DNA of 64,000 nucleotides from Methylophaga sp. (GTDB lineage: Bacteria > Pseudomonadota > Gammaproteobacteria > Nitrosococcales > Methylophagaceae): assembly GCF_965655755.1 (NCBI RefSeq), contig NZ_CBFHHW010000006.1, positions 11,031 to 75,030 of the forward strand, written 5' to 3'. Below, piece after piece: positions 19,204 to 28,312 of this stretch (position 1 is its first letter; every line of letters starts with the position of its first letter). The notes beneath the pieces were generated by a model. That model made no database searches, had not been told where the DNA came from, and was given only the letters and a program-made list of their open reading frames with translations. Position numbers and translations under genes: made by a program.

Positions 19204-22200
19204 ATGTTGTCATGGTTAGCAGGCAAACGTATCCGTATTTCAATACGTGCCACAGTTATCGGATTTTTCTTGTTTGCGACGCTGGTGACAGCCTCGGTTG
19301 CGATTAGTCTTCAATACTTTTTCAGTACCAGTATGGCTACGGACGCTACTTTAGCTGTCTATAAGAGAACAGCTGACAGTACCAGCGATTACTTAACCAC
19401 AGTAGATAGCCGCTCAGCCTCAGCAACAAAAATCCTCAGTCAGTTCACCCGTTTTGAAAGTGGCAGCAATATCAGCCTGGATTCTAGGCAGCTGTTTGCT
19501 GAAGCAATGCAACGCAACCCATCGTTCTATTCGATTTATATTGGCTTTGACAACGGTGATTTATATCAGCTGATCAATCTAGATGCAGCGCCGAACGTAC
19601 GTGGACAGCTACAAGCTGAAGCTGAAGACCGGTGGGTCATGACCAGAGTGACCGGCAAAGGGACGCAGCGTATGCGGCGATTCGAATTCTTTGATGCAGA
19701 ATTCAACTCCCGAAAAGTGCGGACCCATAAAACGGACTATGACCCTCGTAAACGGCCCTGGTTTGTTGATGCCACCACCGATTCAGTCAATAAGACGGCA
19801 CCCTATCTGTTTCAGCACTTGCAAGAGCCGGGAGAAACCTATTCGACCAGAATTAAAGCCAATAATGCTGTCTTAGCCGTTGATATAACGCTGGCATCAT
19901 TATCGAGTTTCTTGCAGCAACAAGAGTTGAGTGAGGATAGTGAAATCTATCTTTATCAGGAAACCGGCGAAATTATTGCTTCTAATCAAAAATCACGTAA
20001 ATCGAAACCTTTACCCACAGCGCCGGAAATTTCGCTATCCCCTGAGCAGCAGGAATTGATCGAGAGCATTGAATATCTGACCGTTTCAAACGAAATTGAC
20101 TGGCCGCCAATAAATTTTGCAGCATCAGGGCAACCCTATGGTTATGCCATTGACGTGCTTAACTATATTTCTGACATGACCGGGCTTTCAATTCGCTATG
20201 TGAATGGTCTGTCATGGAATGAACTCGCAGAGATGTTTGTGGCAAACGAGCTGGATGTTTTGCAACCCGTCTTTTTTGATGAAAATAAACAATGGTTGGG
20301 AGAGCTGACTGAACCGTTTTTACAGGTTCCTTATGGCGTTATCACCCCTGAAGGTGCTACGTCTATCAGTCATATTGATGAATTGGCCGGAAAAACAGTA
20401 GCTATACCTCAGGGGTGGTCAGTCGCGAATAACCTGCAGGACAGCTTTCCTGAGATTAATATTGTCCGTGTAGAGAATGTCCGTGCCATGTTTGATGCGG
20501 TCAGAAATGGTGAAGCAGATGCCGCAATTGATACTGCCCCGATTCTGAATTACACAGCGCAACAGTTCTTCATTGATGATGTGGTGTTGAATCAACCACT
20601 GGATTTCGGCGATACGGCTATGCCGATGTCGCTGCATTTTATGATTAACAAGTCAACGTCAGGTATGACTCAGCTGTTTAATCTGGCTCTGGCGAATCTC
20701 GGCCCCGAGCATAAAAAAGCGCTTTCCCAAAAATGGCTGGAAGGAGGCACTAAAATGATTCGGCAACTGGGGGCCGTGCCTTATGCTGAGCTGATAAAAA
20801 TAGCTCAACAAGGGGTGCCAGAGGGGCTGGAAACAATCACATTAGATGGCCGTGAACATTTTGTGTATGCAACGCCTTTTGGTGAGTCCGAGGGTAAACA
20901 GGATTACTTTGCGATTGTGACGCCGGTTGATACGGTACTGGCGCCGGGACTGTCGAAAGTTAAAACATCCATTGCGCTTACATCCGCCGCTTTGTTTTTA
21001 CTTTTGCCGATATCATGGTTACTGGCTTCGCCCATCGTTAATCCAATTCGCAAACTAGCGGATGACAGTGAAAAAATCACACAACGTCGTTATAAAGAAG
21101 TCACCAATGTCCAGAGCGATATTGTCGAAGTGGGGGATTTAGCTGCGTCGATGAGCAATATGTCTGCTGCCATTCAACGCCATGAAAAACAGCAGGAAGA
21201 GTTGCTGGATGCCTTTATTAAAGTGATCGCACAGGCTATCGATGATAAGTCACCGCATACTGCCGGACACTGTGAGCGTGTTCCGCAGTTGGCCTTTATG
21301 CTGGCAAGAGAGGCAGAAGAAACCACAGAAGGACCGTTTAAAGACTTTGCCTTCAAATCTAAAGAAGAATGGCGCGAATTTCAGGTAGCGGCATGGCTGC
21401 ATGATTGCGGCAAAATTACGACGCCAGAGCACATCATTGATAAAGGTACCAAACTGGAAACCATTTATAACCGCATTCATGAAGTCAGAATGCGATTTGA
21501 AGTGCTGTGGCGTGATGCTGAAATTGATTATTTAATCGAAAAAGCTGAGCCCGGTGCTGATGCCGCTGAACTTGAGAAAGCCAAACACATAAAACAGCAG
21601 AAGTTGCGTGATGAGTTTGCGTTTATTGCTAATGCTAATGTCGGCGGTGAGTTCATTAGTGAAGAAGATGTAGCACGTCTTCAGGAACTGGCAGAGATTA
21701 CTTGGCAACGTTATTTTGATGATCAAGTGGGTCTATCATCTGGTGAAAAAGCCCGACTCAGCTCTGCACCCAGACCACTTCCCGCCACAGAGAAATTACT
21801 GGTCGATAAACCTGAGCAATTAATCGAACGTCATCACAGTACTGATTACGATCCTAAGTTAGGGATCAAGATGGAGGTACCACATTACCTCTATAATCAA
21901 GGTGAGTTATATAACTTATCCATATCCAGAGGCACGCTAAGCGCTGAAGATCGCTTCAAAATCAATGAGCATATGATCAGCACAATCAAAATGCTGGAAA
22001 GCTTGCCCTTCCCGGAGGAACTGAAACGCGTACCACGATATGCTTCAACCCATCATGAAACCATGAAGGGAACAGGCTACCCACGTAAATTGACCGGTGA
22101 TCAATTGTCCACGCCAGAACGTATTATGGTGTTGTCAGATATCTATGAAGCCTTAACGGCGGCCGATAGACCCTATAAGAAAGCCAAGCCCGTTAGTGTG

Positions 22201-22371
22201 GCATTGGATATTTTGTACAGCATGGTGCAAAACAATCATGTCGATGTTGAAGTGTTTGAGTTATTCCTCGAGTCCGGTGTCTACCTTGATTATGCTAAGC
22301 GTTTTCTGCCGGCAGCCCAAATAGATGAAATCGATATTAGCAAGTATTTCAGAAAGCCTGATAAGTCGTGA
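19204..22371 (+). CDS. HD-GYP cyclic-di-GMP phosphodiesterase with periplasmic dCache+PBP sensor and HAMP domain
   Basis: Two TM segments, Cache (RKRPWF..A), PBP (DWPPINF, GYAIDVL), TAGHCERV, WLHDCGK, HHETMKGTGYP, DIYEALT..RPYK; start (19204 vs 19189) chosen on RBS GAGGA. Confidence 0.9.
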   Translation: MLSWLAGKRIRISIRATVIGFFLFATLVTASVAISLQYFFSTSMATDATLAVYKRTADSTSDYLTTVDSRSASATKILSQFTRFESGSNISLDSRQLFAEAMQRNPSFYSIYIGFDNGDLYQLINLDAAPNVRGQLQAEAEDRWVMTRVTGKGTQRMRRFEFFDAEFNSRKVRTHKTDYDPRKRPWFVDATTDSVNKTAPYLFQHLQEPGETYSTRIKANNAVLAVDITLASLSSFLQQQELSEDSEIYLYQETGEIIASNQKSRKSKPLPTAPEISLSPEQQELIESIEYLTVSNEIDWPPINFAASGQPYGYAIDVLNYISDMTGLSIRYVNGLSWNELAEMFVANELDVLQPVFFDENKQWLGELTEPFLQVPYGVITPEGATSISHIDELAGKTVAIPQGWSVANNLQDSFPEINIVRVENVRAMFDAVRNGEADAAIDTAPILNYTAQQFFIDDVVLNQPLDFGDTAMPMSLHFMINKSTSGMTQLFNLALANLGPEHKKALSQKWLEGGTKMIRQLGAVPYAELIKIAQQGVPEGLETITLDGREHFVYATPFGESEGKQDYFAIVTPVDTVLAPGLSKVKTSIALTSAALFLLLPISWLLASPIVNPIRKLADDSEKITQRRYKEVTNVQSDIVEVGDLAASMSNMSAAIQRHEKQQEELLDAFIKVIAQAIDDKSPHTAGHCERVPQLAFMLAREAEETTEGPFKDFAFKSKEEWREFQVAAWLHDCGKITTPEHIIDKGTKLETIYNRIHEVRMRFEVLWRDAEIDYLIEKAEPGADAAELEKAKHIKQQKLRDEFAFIANANVGGEFISEEDVARLQELAEITWQRYFDDQVGLSSGEKARLSSAPRPLPATEKLLVDKPEQLIERHHSTDYDPKLGIKMEVPHYLYNQGELYNLSISRGTLSAEDRFKINEHMISTIKMLESLPFPEELKRVPRYASTHHETMKGTGYPRKLTGDQLSTPERIMVLSDIYEALTAADRPYKKAKPVSVALDILYSMVQNNHVDVEVFELFLESGVYLDYAKRFLPAAQIDEIDISKYFRKPDKS

Positions 22372-22440
22372 TCAGCTAAAATAGTCGTCATGGAACAATA
22401 CATCAACAGGCAGCTTGCATTGCTGCAAGGTAAGTAATAA

Positions 22441-23364
22441 ATGGCGATTCAGTGGTATCCGGGTCATATGCACAAGGCCAGCAAAGAAATGAAAAAGATT
22501 CTGCCACAGGTGGATCTGATCATTGAAGTGCTTGACGCGCGTCTGCCATTCAGCAGCCAAAACCCAATGCTCGCTGAACTCAGAGGCGATAAACCCTGTA
22601 TTAAGGTATTGAACAAAATCGATCTCGCAGATCCGGAATTGACCACAATCTGGCAGTCTCATCTGGAACAAGACATAAACGTCAAAACCCTGACAATGAA
22701 TGCGCAACAAAATGATCGCATAGCGGATCTGATTTCTCTCGCGTTGAAAATGGTACCGAATAAAGCGCAAGGCGTTAAGAATGTCCAAACCATGATCATG
22801 GGTATTCCCAATGTAGGGAAATCGACGTTGATCAATAGTCTCGCGGGTCGCCATATTGCCAAAACAGGAAATGAACCGGCGATCACAAAAATGCAGCAGC
22901 GTATTAAACTGGATAAGGGCATTGTGCTGCATGATACGCCCGGTGTGTTATGGCCCAACCTAGAAAATCCCCACAGTGGTTACCGGCTTGCTATCACGGG
23001 TGCAATCAAAGAAACCGCCATCGATAATGATGATATTGCACTCTATGCGGTCGAGTATTTATTGGAGTCCTACCCGGATTTGTTGCAGCGACGCTTTGAT
23101 CTGCCCGATTTGCCGGATTCAGGTATACAAGCAATGGAGTCCATCGGTAGCAAGCGGGGCTGTCTGCGGTCCGGTGGTAGAGTGGATCTGGAGCGGGTAG
23201 CAAAAATAATTCTGACTGAAGTGCGTGCCGGTATGCTGGGTCAAATTACATGGGAAACGCCTGACATCGTCGAACACGAATGGAACGAAGTGCTGGTGGT
23301 GCGTGAACAAAAAGCTGCCAAGAAAGCCGCGCGTAAACAAAAGCACCGTCAATCTTCACGCTAA
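22441..23364 (+). CDS. rbgA: Ribosome biogenesis GTPase RbgA/YlqF
   Basis: IQWYPGHM, EVLDARLP, NKID, GIPNVGKS, DTPG. Confidence 0.95.
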   Translation: MAIQWYPGHMHKASKEMKKILPQVDLIIEVLDARLPFSSQNPMLAELRGDKPCIKVLNKIDLADPELTTIWQSHLEQDINVKTLTMNAQQNDRIADLISLALKMVPNKAQGVKNVQTMIMGIPNVGKSTLINSLAGRHIAKTGNEPAITKMQQRIKLDKGIVLHDTPGVLWPNLENPHSGYRLAITGAIKETAIDNDDIALYAVEYLLESYPDLLQRRFDLPDLPDSGIQAMESIGSKRGCLRSGGRVDLERVAKIILTEVRAGMLGQITWETPDIVEHEWNEVLVVREQKAAKKAARKQKHRQSSR

Positions 23365-23430
23365 ACCTTTACCTCCATACGACTCATCACCTAATCATTC
23401 AAAAGCAGGCATTGATGTCTTTCGGTTTTA

Positions 23431-23449
23431 AATGATAATGATTTGCATT
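23431..23449. promoter_or_regulatory. Fur box upstream of three small ORFs
   Basis: AATGATAATGATTTGCATT versus Fur consensus AATGATAATnATTATCATT (2 mismatches). Confidence 0.8.
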
Positions 23450-23504
23450 TAGATTAATGGGTGTTTATACTCATTTTCACACTTTGTCATTGCGGGGTGA
23501 AAAA

Positions 23505-23693
23505 ATGAAAACAGCACAGATTAATAGCCAAACTAAAGCCAGTATTCTCTTAGCCTTTGAACAGGACAAGCTTGAAATGCTTATCCACGAAGGCAAGCTT
23601 CATGCTGCCGACTTTAATTGTTTGGATAAAACCTCCAAACGCAGCGTCTGGAACATGCTGCTATCTGCAGCCGCGAGGACGATGCAATCATGA
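23505..23693 (+). CDS. Small hypothetical protein (62 aa) with HAADFNCLD motif
   Basis: RBS GGGGTG, downstream of Fur box, ATGA overlap with next ORF. Confidence 0.7.
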   Translation: MKTAQINSQTKASILLAFEQDKLEMLIHEGKLHAADFNCLDKTSKRSVWNMLLSAAARTMQS

Positions 23694-23944
23694 ATGCGCC
23701 ACTCAAAAAACAACCAGACTGGCGTAAAGAATGTTTGCTGGCAGCCAATCAGCAACTGGAAAATCAATATCTTCATTATCCATCTGCGTGCCTGGCGTTA
23801 CAGATAAGCCGAAATTATCGTCTTTTGTTAACACAAAATGATCAGCCTACAACCAAACAAAATTGGCAATCACTCTCTAAACAATGGTGGCAGATGTATT
23901 GTGATCATCGTTCAGGTGATAAACGACCCATTGTGAATAGCTAA
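23690..23944 (+). CDS. Small hypothetical protein (84 aa), three Cys, Trp-rich C-terminus
   Basis: Translational coupling to previous ORF (ATGA). Confidence 0.65.
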   Translation: MNAPLKKQPDWRKECLLAANQQLENQYLHYPSACLALQISRNYRLLLTQNDQPTTKQNWQSLSKQWWQMYCDHRSGDKRPIVNS

Positions 23945-23966
23945 CCCCATTTATTAAGGAGCTTTT

Positions 23967-24185
23967 ATGGCATCTACATCCTGTCACCCGACAACCGTTT
24001 ATGAGTCAGCAACGGTTGATATTCAATATTGCTCTGATTGTCAGATGATTCATTTAACAATGGGCTCGATCACGATTCGAATGACAGAACACCACTTTTC
24101 ACAATATGCCCAGGATATCAGCAAAGGATTATTTGAATTTAATGCAGGTGCACTCGATCAGGCGGGACTTCGTATGATGATGTGA
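23967..24185 (+). CDS. Small hypothetical protein (72 aa) with CxxC-x3-H motif
   Basis: Strong RBS AAGGAG; YCSDCQMIHLTMGSITIRM. Confidence 0.75.
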   Translation: MASTSCHPTTVYESATVDIQYCSDCQMIHLTMGSITIRMTEHHFSQYAQDISKGLFEFNAGALDQAGLRMMM

Positions 24186-24232
24186 CATAAAAACAACAAT
24201 TATTCAGTTTTGTTACAAGAGTAACGAAAGTT

Positions 24233-24251
24233 AATGATAATGATTCGCAAT
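24233..24251. promoter_or_regulatory. Fur box upstream of TonB-dependent receptor
   Basis: AATGATAATGATTCGCAAT; first 13 bp identical to box at 23431. Confidence 0.8.
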
Positions 24252-24297
24252 CTATGTATAATTCTATCCAGCTTAAACTTGAGGATAGGAGAGCATA

Positions 24298-26463
24298 GTG
24301 AAATTTAAACCAACAATATTGGCTACATCGTTTGCCATAGCGGTTTCATCAAGTATATACCCATCAGTTGTTCTTGCTGAAGACGTTCCTGCCGAACTGG
24401 ATACAGTCACGGTCATTGGTGGCAGTGAAGCCGTTCGAAAGTTACCAGGCTCAGCGGCTGTAGTGAGTAATGAGCAACTGAAACTAGAGGCTGCAACTGA
24501 TATAAATCAAGTTCTAAAAACGGTACCTGGTATCTATATTCAGGAAGAGGATGGTTTCGGCTTGCGTCCAAACATCGGTATCCGTTCAGCGGCACCAGGA
24601 CGTAGTGAAAAAATTACCCTGATGGAAGATGGCGTGCTGATTGCACCGGCACCTTATTCTAATCCAGCGGCCTATTACTTCCCGACTACCTCACGTATGC
24701 ACTCTATTGAAGTACTCAAAGGAGCGCCGTTATTACGCTATGGTCCGCAAACAGTAGGTGGTGTTGTTAACTTAGTGTCTACGCCTATTCCTGAAACCAA
24801 TCAGGGCAGTGCCATGTTTATGATGAATGATCGTGGCGCTGCCGATCTGCATCTCAATTATGGCGGCAAAACCGGTCCCTGGGGTTACTCGCTCGAAACC
24901 GCACAGCGTCATTATCAGGGTTACAAGGATATAGATCGTTTTGACGATAATAGTGGCTTCCAGATTGAAGACTATGTAGCCAAATTGTCCTGGGAAGGAG
25001 AACGGAACAAATTCCTGTTCAAACTTCAGCGCTCGATGGAAAACTCCGATGAGACTTATGCTGGCCTCACTGATGTCGACTTCCGCCGGGATGAGAATCG
25101 TCGATATGGTCTGACTCATATTGATGAGATGGATAATGATCACACGGGTATTAATCTTAGTCATGTCTTTGACTGGAGTGAAAATCTGACCTCAACCGTA
25201 ACCGTTTATCAGAACAAATTTAATCGTAACTGGTTTAAATATGACGGTGATAACCCTGAAACAGGCGACAATATTCTTGATGATGCCAATGGTGGCAATG
25301 CTGATGCACAAGCCATCCTCGATGGTAATCGTGATGTTGCTGGGCTGGGATACAAAAATAATAACCGCTCTTATGAATCGCGCGGGGTTCAAGCCAATTT
25401 TAACTGGTTGCTAGGTGAACATGACTTAAACTTTGGTGCCCGTGTGCATCATGATGAAATGGATCGTTATCAGCCAGTTGATGTCTACGATCAGGTAAAT
25501 GGCAATCTTGTTTATCAAAGCACTACAGCGCCATCTGGAAGCAATAACCGGTATGAAGAGGCTGATGCATTCAGTTTGTGGCTGACTGATGACTACCAGA
25601 TTACAGAACGACTGTTGCTGAACCTTTCTCTGCGTATGGAAGACGTTGAAACAGAGCGAAATCAATACGCTAATGCTGCTCGTACTCAGCTCGATGATCC
25701 CGAAGATCAGAGAGAAAACGATTATCGCGAATATATGGCAGGTATCTCAGCGACCTACGATCTCACGGATAGTTGGCAGGTACTGGCTGGTTTTCATGAG
25801 GGCATGACACCATTGGGCGGTGGAGCCCGTGATGGCGATGAGCCTGAAACCAGTGATAACTATGAGCTGGGTGTTCGGTTTAATAAAGGACTGTTCTACT
25901 CAGAGGCAATTGCATTTTATAGCGACTTCAATAACTTTGCCGAACAGTGCTCTGTTGGTAATCCTTGTAGCAATGGCCAAACTTCGGGCTCTGAAGTATT
26001 GGGTGGTGCTGAAGTCATGGGGCTTGAATTCCAGGTAGGTACTTTGTTTTCTGCTGGTCAGTTCGATATCCCCGTTGATTTGATGTACACCTACACCGAT
26101 GCTGAAACCACCGATGAAGGCGGTGCTGAGGATGGTCTAACATTACAAAGCATTCCTGAAAATGTCGCTAGTTTACGTGTTGGTTTGGAGCATAGTAGCG
26201 GTTGGAACAACTACGCAGTGGTTAAATACATCGACAAAACCTGTGCTGTTGCAGGGTGCAATAAGTCTAACTCATCGTTTGATGAGACGGACTCTTTAAC
26301 GACTGTTGACCTGATGAGTCGTTACCGTTTAGATATGGGCCCTGTGGTGTTTGTGAAAATAGAAAATTTGTTTGACCGACAGGAGATTATCTCTCGCAGC
26401 CCATTTGGTGCCCGTCCAAATATTGAGCGAACCGCCTGGGCTGGTGTTCTGGTTGATTTTTAA
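24298..26463 (+). CDS. TonB-dependent outer-membrane receptor, FecA-like (GTG start)
   Basis: Signal peptide, TonB box DTVTV, plug LKTVPGIYIQEEDGFGLRPNIGIR, IEVLKG...YGP, C-terminal VKIENLFD and terminal Phe. Confidence 0.93.
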   Translation: MKFKPTILATSFAIAVSSSIYPSVVLAEDVPAELDTVTVIGGSEAVRKLPGSAAVVSNEQLKLEAATDINQVLKTVPGIYIQEEDGFGLRPNIGIRSAAPGRSEKITLMEDGVLIAPAPYSNPAAYYFPTTSRMHSIEVLKGAPLLRYGPQTVGGVVNLVSTPIPETNQGSAMFMMNDRGAADLHLNYGGKTGPWGYSLETAQRHYQGYKDIDRFDDNSGFQIEDYVAKLSWEGERNKFLFKLQRSMENSDETYAGLTDVDFRRDENRRYGLTHIDEMDNDHTGINLSHVFDWSENLTSTVTVYQNKFNRNWFKYDGDNPETGDNILDDANGGNADAQAILDGNRDVAGLGYKNNNRSYESRGVQANFNWLLGEHDLNFGARVHHDEMDRYQPVDVYDQVNGNLVYQSTTAPSGSNNRYEEADAFSLWLTDDYQITERLLLNLSLRMEDVETERNQYANAARTQLDDPEDQRENDYREYMAGISATYDLTDSWQVLAGFHEGMTPLGGGARDGDEPETSDNYELGVRFNKGLFYSEAIAFYSDFNNFAEQCSVGNPCSNGQTSGSEVLGGAEVMGLEFQVGTLFSAGQFDIPVDLMYTYTDAETTDEGGAEDGLTLQSIPENVASLRVGLEHSSGWNNYAVVKYIDKTCAVAGCNKSNSSFDETDSLTTVDLMSRYRLDMGPVVFVKIENLFDRQEIISRSPFGARPNIERTAWAGVLVDF

Positions 26464-26482
26464 TTTAACAGATAATACGAAT

Positions 26483-26510
26483 AAAAAAGGCAGCCTAGGC
26501 TGCCTTTTTT
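26483..26510 (+). terminator. Intrinsic terminator after TonB receptor
   Basis: AAAAAAGGCAGC-ctag-GCTGCCTTTTTT. Confidence 0.9.
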
Positions 26511-26591
26511 GTATCACTTAGTTCCTAGGTTACGCATCTTACTTTATCATTGACTGACGGATAACTTATCCTTGTTAAGGAGTGTGAATTA

Positions 26592-27311
26592 ATGCCCAGT
26601 AAAAAACGGGGTGCAGAACGGATTCTGATGATAGGCATTGCTTTTTTGATCCTGTGTCAGTTACTGAGCGGCATGATTGTCAATCATGCCGGCATGTTTA
26701 AGCTGGATCAACGCTATATCAGCTGGAACTGGCTGATGACCCATTATGGTATCGGTGATGCTGAGCCGGATGCTGTTTTTCTTATCGATAACAAAATTCT
26801 TTCCCAGTTTGATACTCAACTATTCGTTGACGACAAACCTGTTACCCATATCCATCGTCCTTTGATCGGCGGTATTGTACTTGAAGCGCTGATGGTGCTT
26901 GCCACTGATAATGCATTGATTTTACTGACCCGTGACGGTGAGTTGGTCGAACGAATGGGGGCAGAAGCGGGCGTACCTGCACCAATACAGAATATTGGTA
27001 CTTATCATGGTGAACCGGTAATTCAGGCACGTAATGGTATGTGGCGAAGTAACTTTATGCTCGATGAATGGGAACCGATTTCTTTAGCCGGCGTCTCATG
27101 GAGTAAACCCTATCCATTACCAGATGCTGTAGCCAAGGATCTTAAACAGTTTTTCTATGGACAAGGTGTCTCAGTTGAGCAATTGATGCTCGATATTCAC
27201 AATGGCCGGATTTTAGGAAGCTTTGGCGTATTCCTTATTGATATATTGGGCCTCTTGCTGGTGGCGTTGTCGTTTACAGGACTGTGGATGTGGGGGAGGC
27301 GACGCAATTAA
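26592..27311 (+). CDS. PepSY-associated TM helix domain protein
   Basis: N-terminal TM, periplasmic region, LDIHNGR..G..G (His) motif, C-terminal TM LSFTGLWMW. Confidence 0.8.
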   Translation: MPSKKRGAERILMIGIAFLILCQLLSGMIVNHAGMFKLDQRYISWNWLMTHYGIGDAEPDAVFLIDNKILSQFDTQLFVDDKPVTHIHRPLIGGIVLEALMVLATDNALILLTRDGELVERMGAEAGVPAPIQNIGTYHGEPVIQARNGMWRSNFMLDEWEPISLAGVSWSKPYPLPDAVAKDLKQFFYGQGVSVEQLMLDIHNGRILGSFGVFLIDILGLLLVALSFTGLWMWGRRRN

Positions 27312-27356
27312 TCAGATTGGTATGATTCTGACTAGAAATAAGGAGTGGAACAAACA

Positions 27357-28310
27357 ATGAGACAGGCAGGTTTTCCGTATTTGCCGAAAGATTTTGTCCA
27401 AACTGAGGACGGTCTCATCTTCGCTGTAGTCAGTTATCATCCGCATCAGCAAAAAGTAGGTAGTTTTCTGCGCTATGCCAGTCACGGCGAAGCGTGGCAA
27501 AAAGTCGATACAGCTCAAGCCCATCGCCTACTTTCTCGTCACTATCCGCAATACCTTTTTAAGTCAAAGCAATTTGACGCAGAATTTCATGCGGTCAAGA
27601 TCACAGACATTGTTACTCATCATCGCCCGGAACAGCGTTTAAGAACATTACTCGCACGTGAACCTGAGGATGAAATCGAACAAAAACTCCATAAATTAAT
27701 CACTATATTGGTGCAGCTCGGCGTTAATTGTGACTTATTGGGGCTTACCGGATCGATGTTGATTGGTCAGCAAAAAAAAGGTTCCGATATCGATCTGGTC
27801 GTTTACGGCCGGGAAGCATTCCACCAGACACGGGAAGCAGTCAGACAGGCCGTAGCTTCCGGGCTATTCGATGCATTAGATCTATCTCTCATGAAAGACA
27901 ATTTTCACCGTCGTGGTGGCGAACTTAATTTTGATGATTTTGCCTGGCATGAATCTCGCAAATTCAATAAAGCAGCAATTGATGGCACCAAGTTTGATAT
28001 CGGTATGGTGTGTTTACCTGAAGAGCTGGAACACGACCATCATCATTATATAAAACAAGGGATTTCTACTGTCAAAGCCGTGGTGCTGGATGACCATCGT
28101 GCTTTTGATTTTCCTGCCCGTTATCTGATTGATAATGAAATGACGCCAGAAGTGGTGTCGTTTACGCATACGTATGTGGGTCAGGCGAGAGTGGGAGAAG
28201 TAATTGAAGTAACAGGTGCCGTTGAATGTGACTCCGCTTCGGGTCAACGAAGACTGGTAGTCGGGTCAACGCGAGAAGCTATTGGTGAATACATAAAGGT
28301 GTGTAGATAA
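27357..28310 (+). CDS. Pol-beta superfamily nucleotidyltransferase resembling archaeal COG1665
   Basis: GS-x10-DID motif ([22 protein letters not shown]); N-terminal [14 protein letters not shown]; beta-rich (OB-like) C-terminus. Confidence 0.75.
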   Translation: MRQAGFPYLPKDFVQTEDGLIFAVVSYHPHQQKVGSFLRYASHGEAWQKVDTAQAHRLLSRHYPQYLFKSKQFDAEFHAVKITDIVTHHRPEQRLRTLLAREPEDEIEQKLHKLITILVQLGVNCDLLGLTGSMLIGQQKKGSDIDLVVYGREAFHQTREAVRQAVASGLFDALDLSLMKDNFHRRGGELNFDDFAWHESRKFNKAAIDGTKFDIGMVCLPEELEHDHHHYIKQGISTVKAVVLDDHRAFDFPARYLIDNEMTPEVVSFTHTYVGQARVGEVIEVTGAVECDSASGQRRLVVGSTREAIGEYIKVCR

Positions 28311-28312
28311 TT

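Noticed and set aside
22372-22932. 186-aa antisense ORF opposite rbgA
   Set aside because: Mostly antisense to a conserved GTPase; no motif or RBS.
27357-28310. Nucleotidyltransferase as a CBASS cyclase or MNT antitoxin
   Set aside because: No Cap effector, HEPN toxin or other defence gene is adjacent; it lies in a housekeeping context coupled to gnd.
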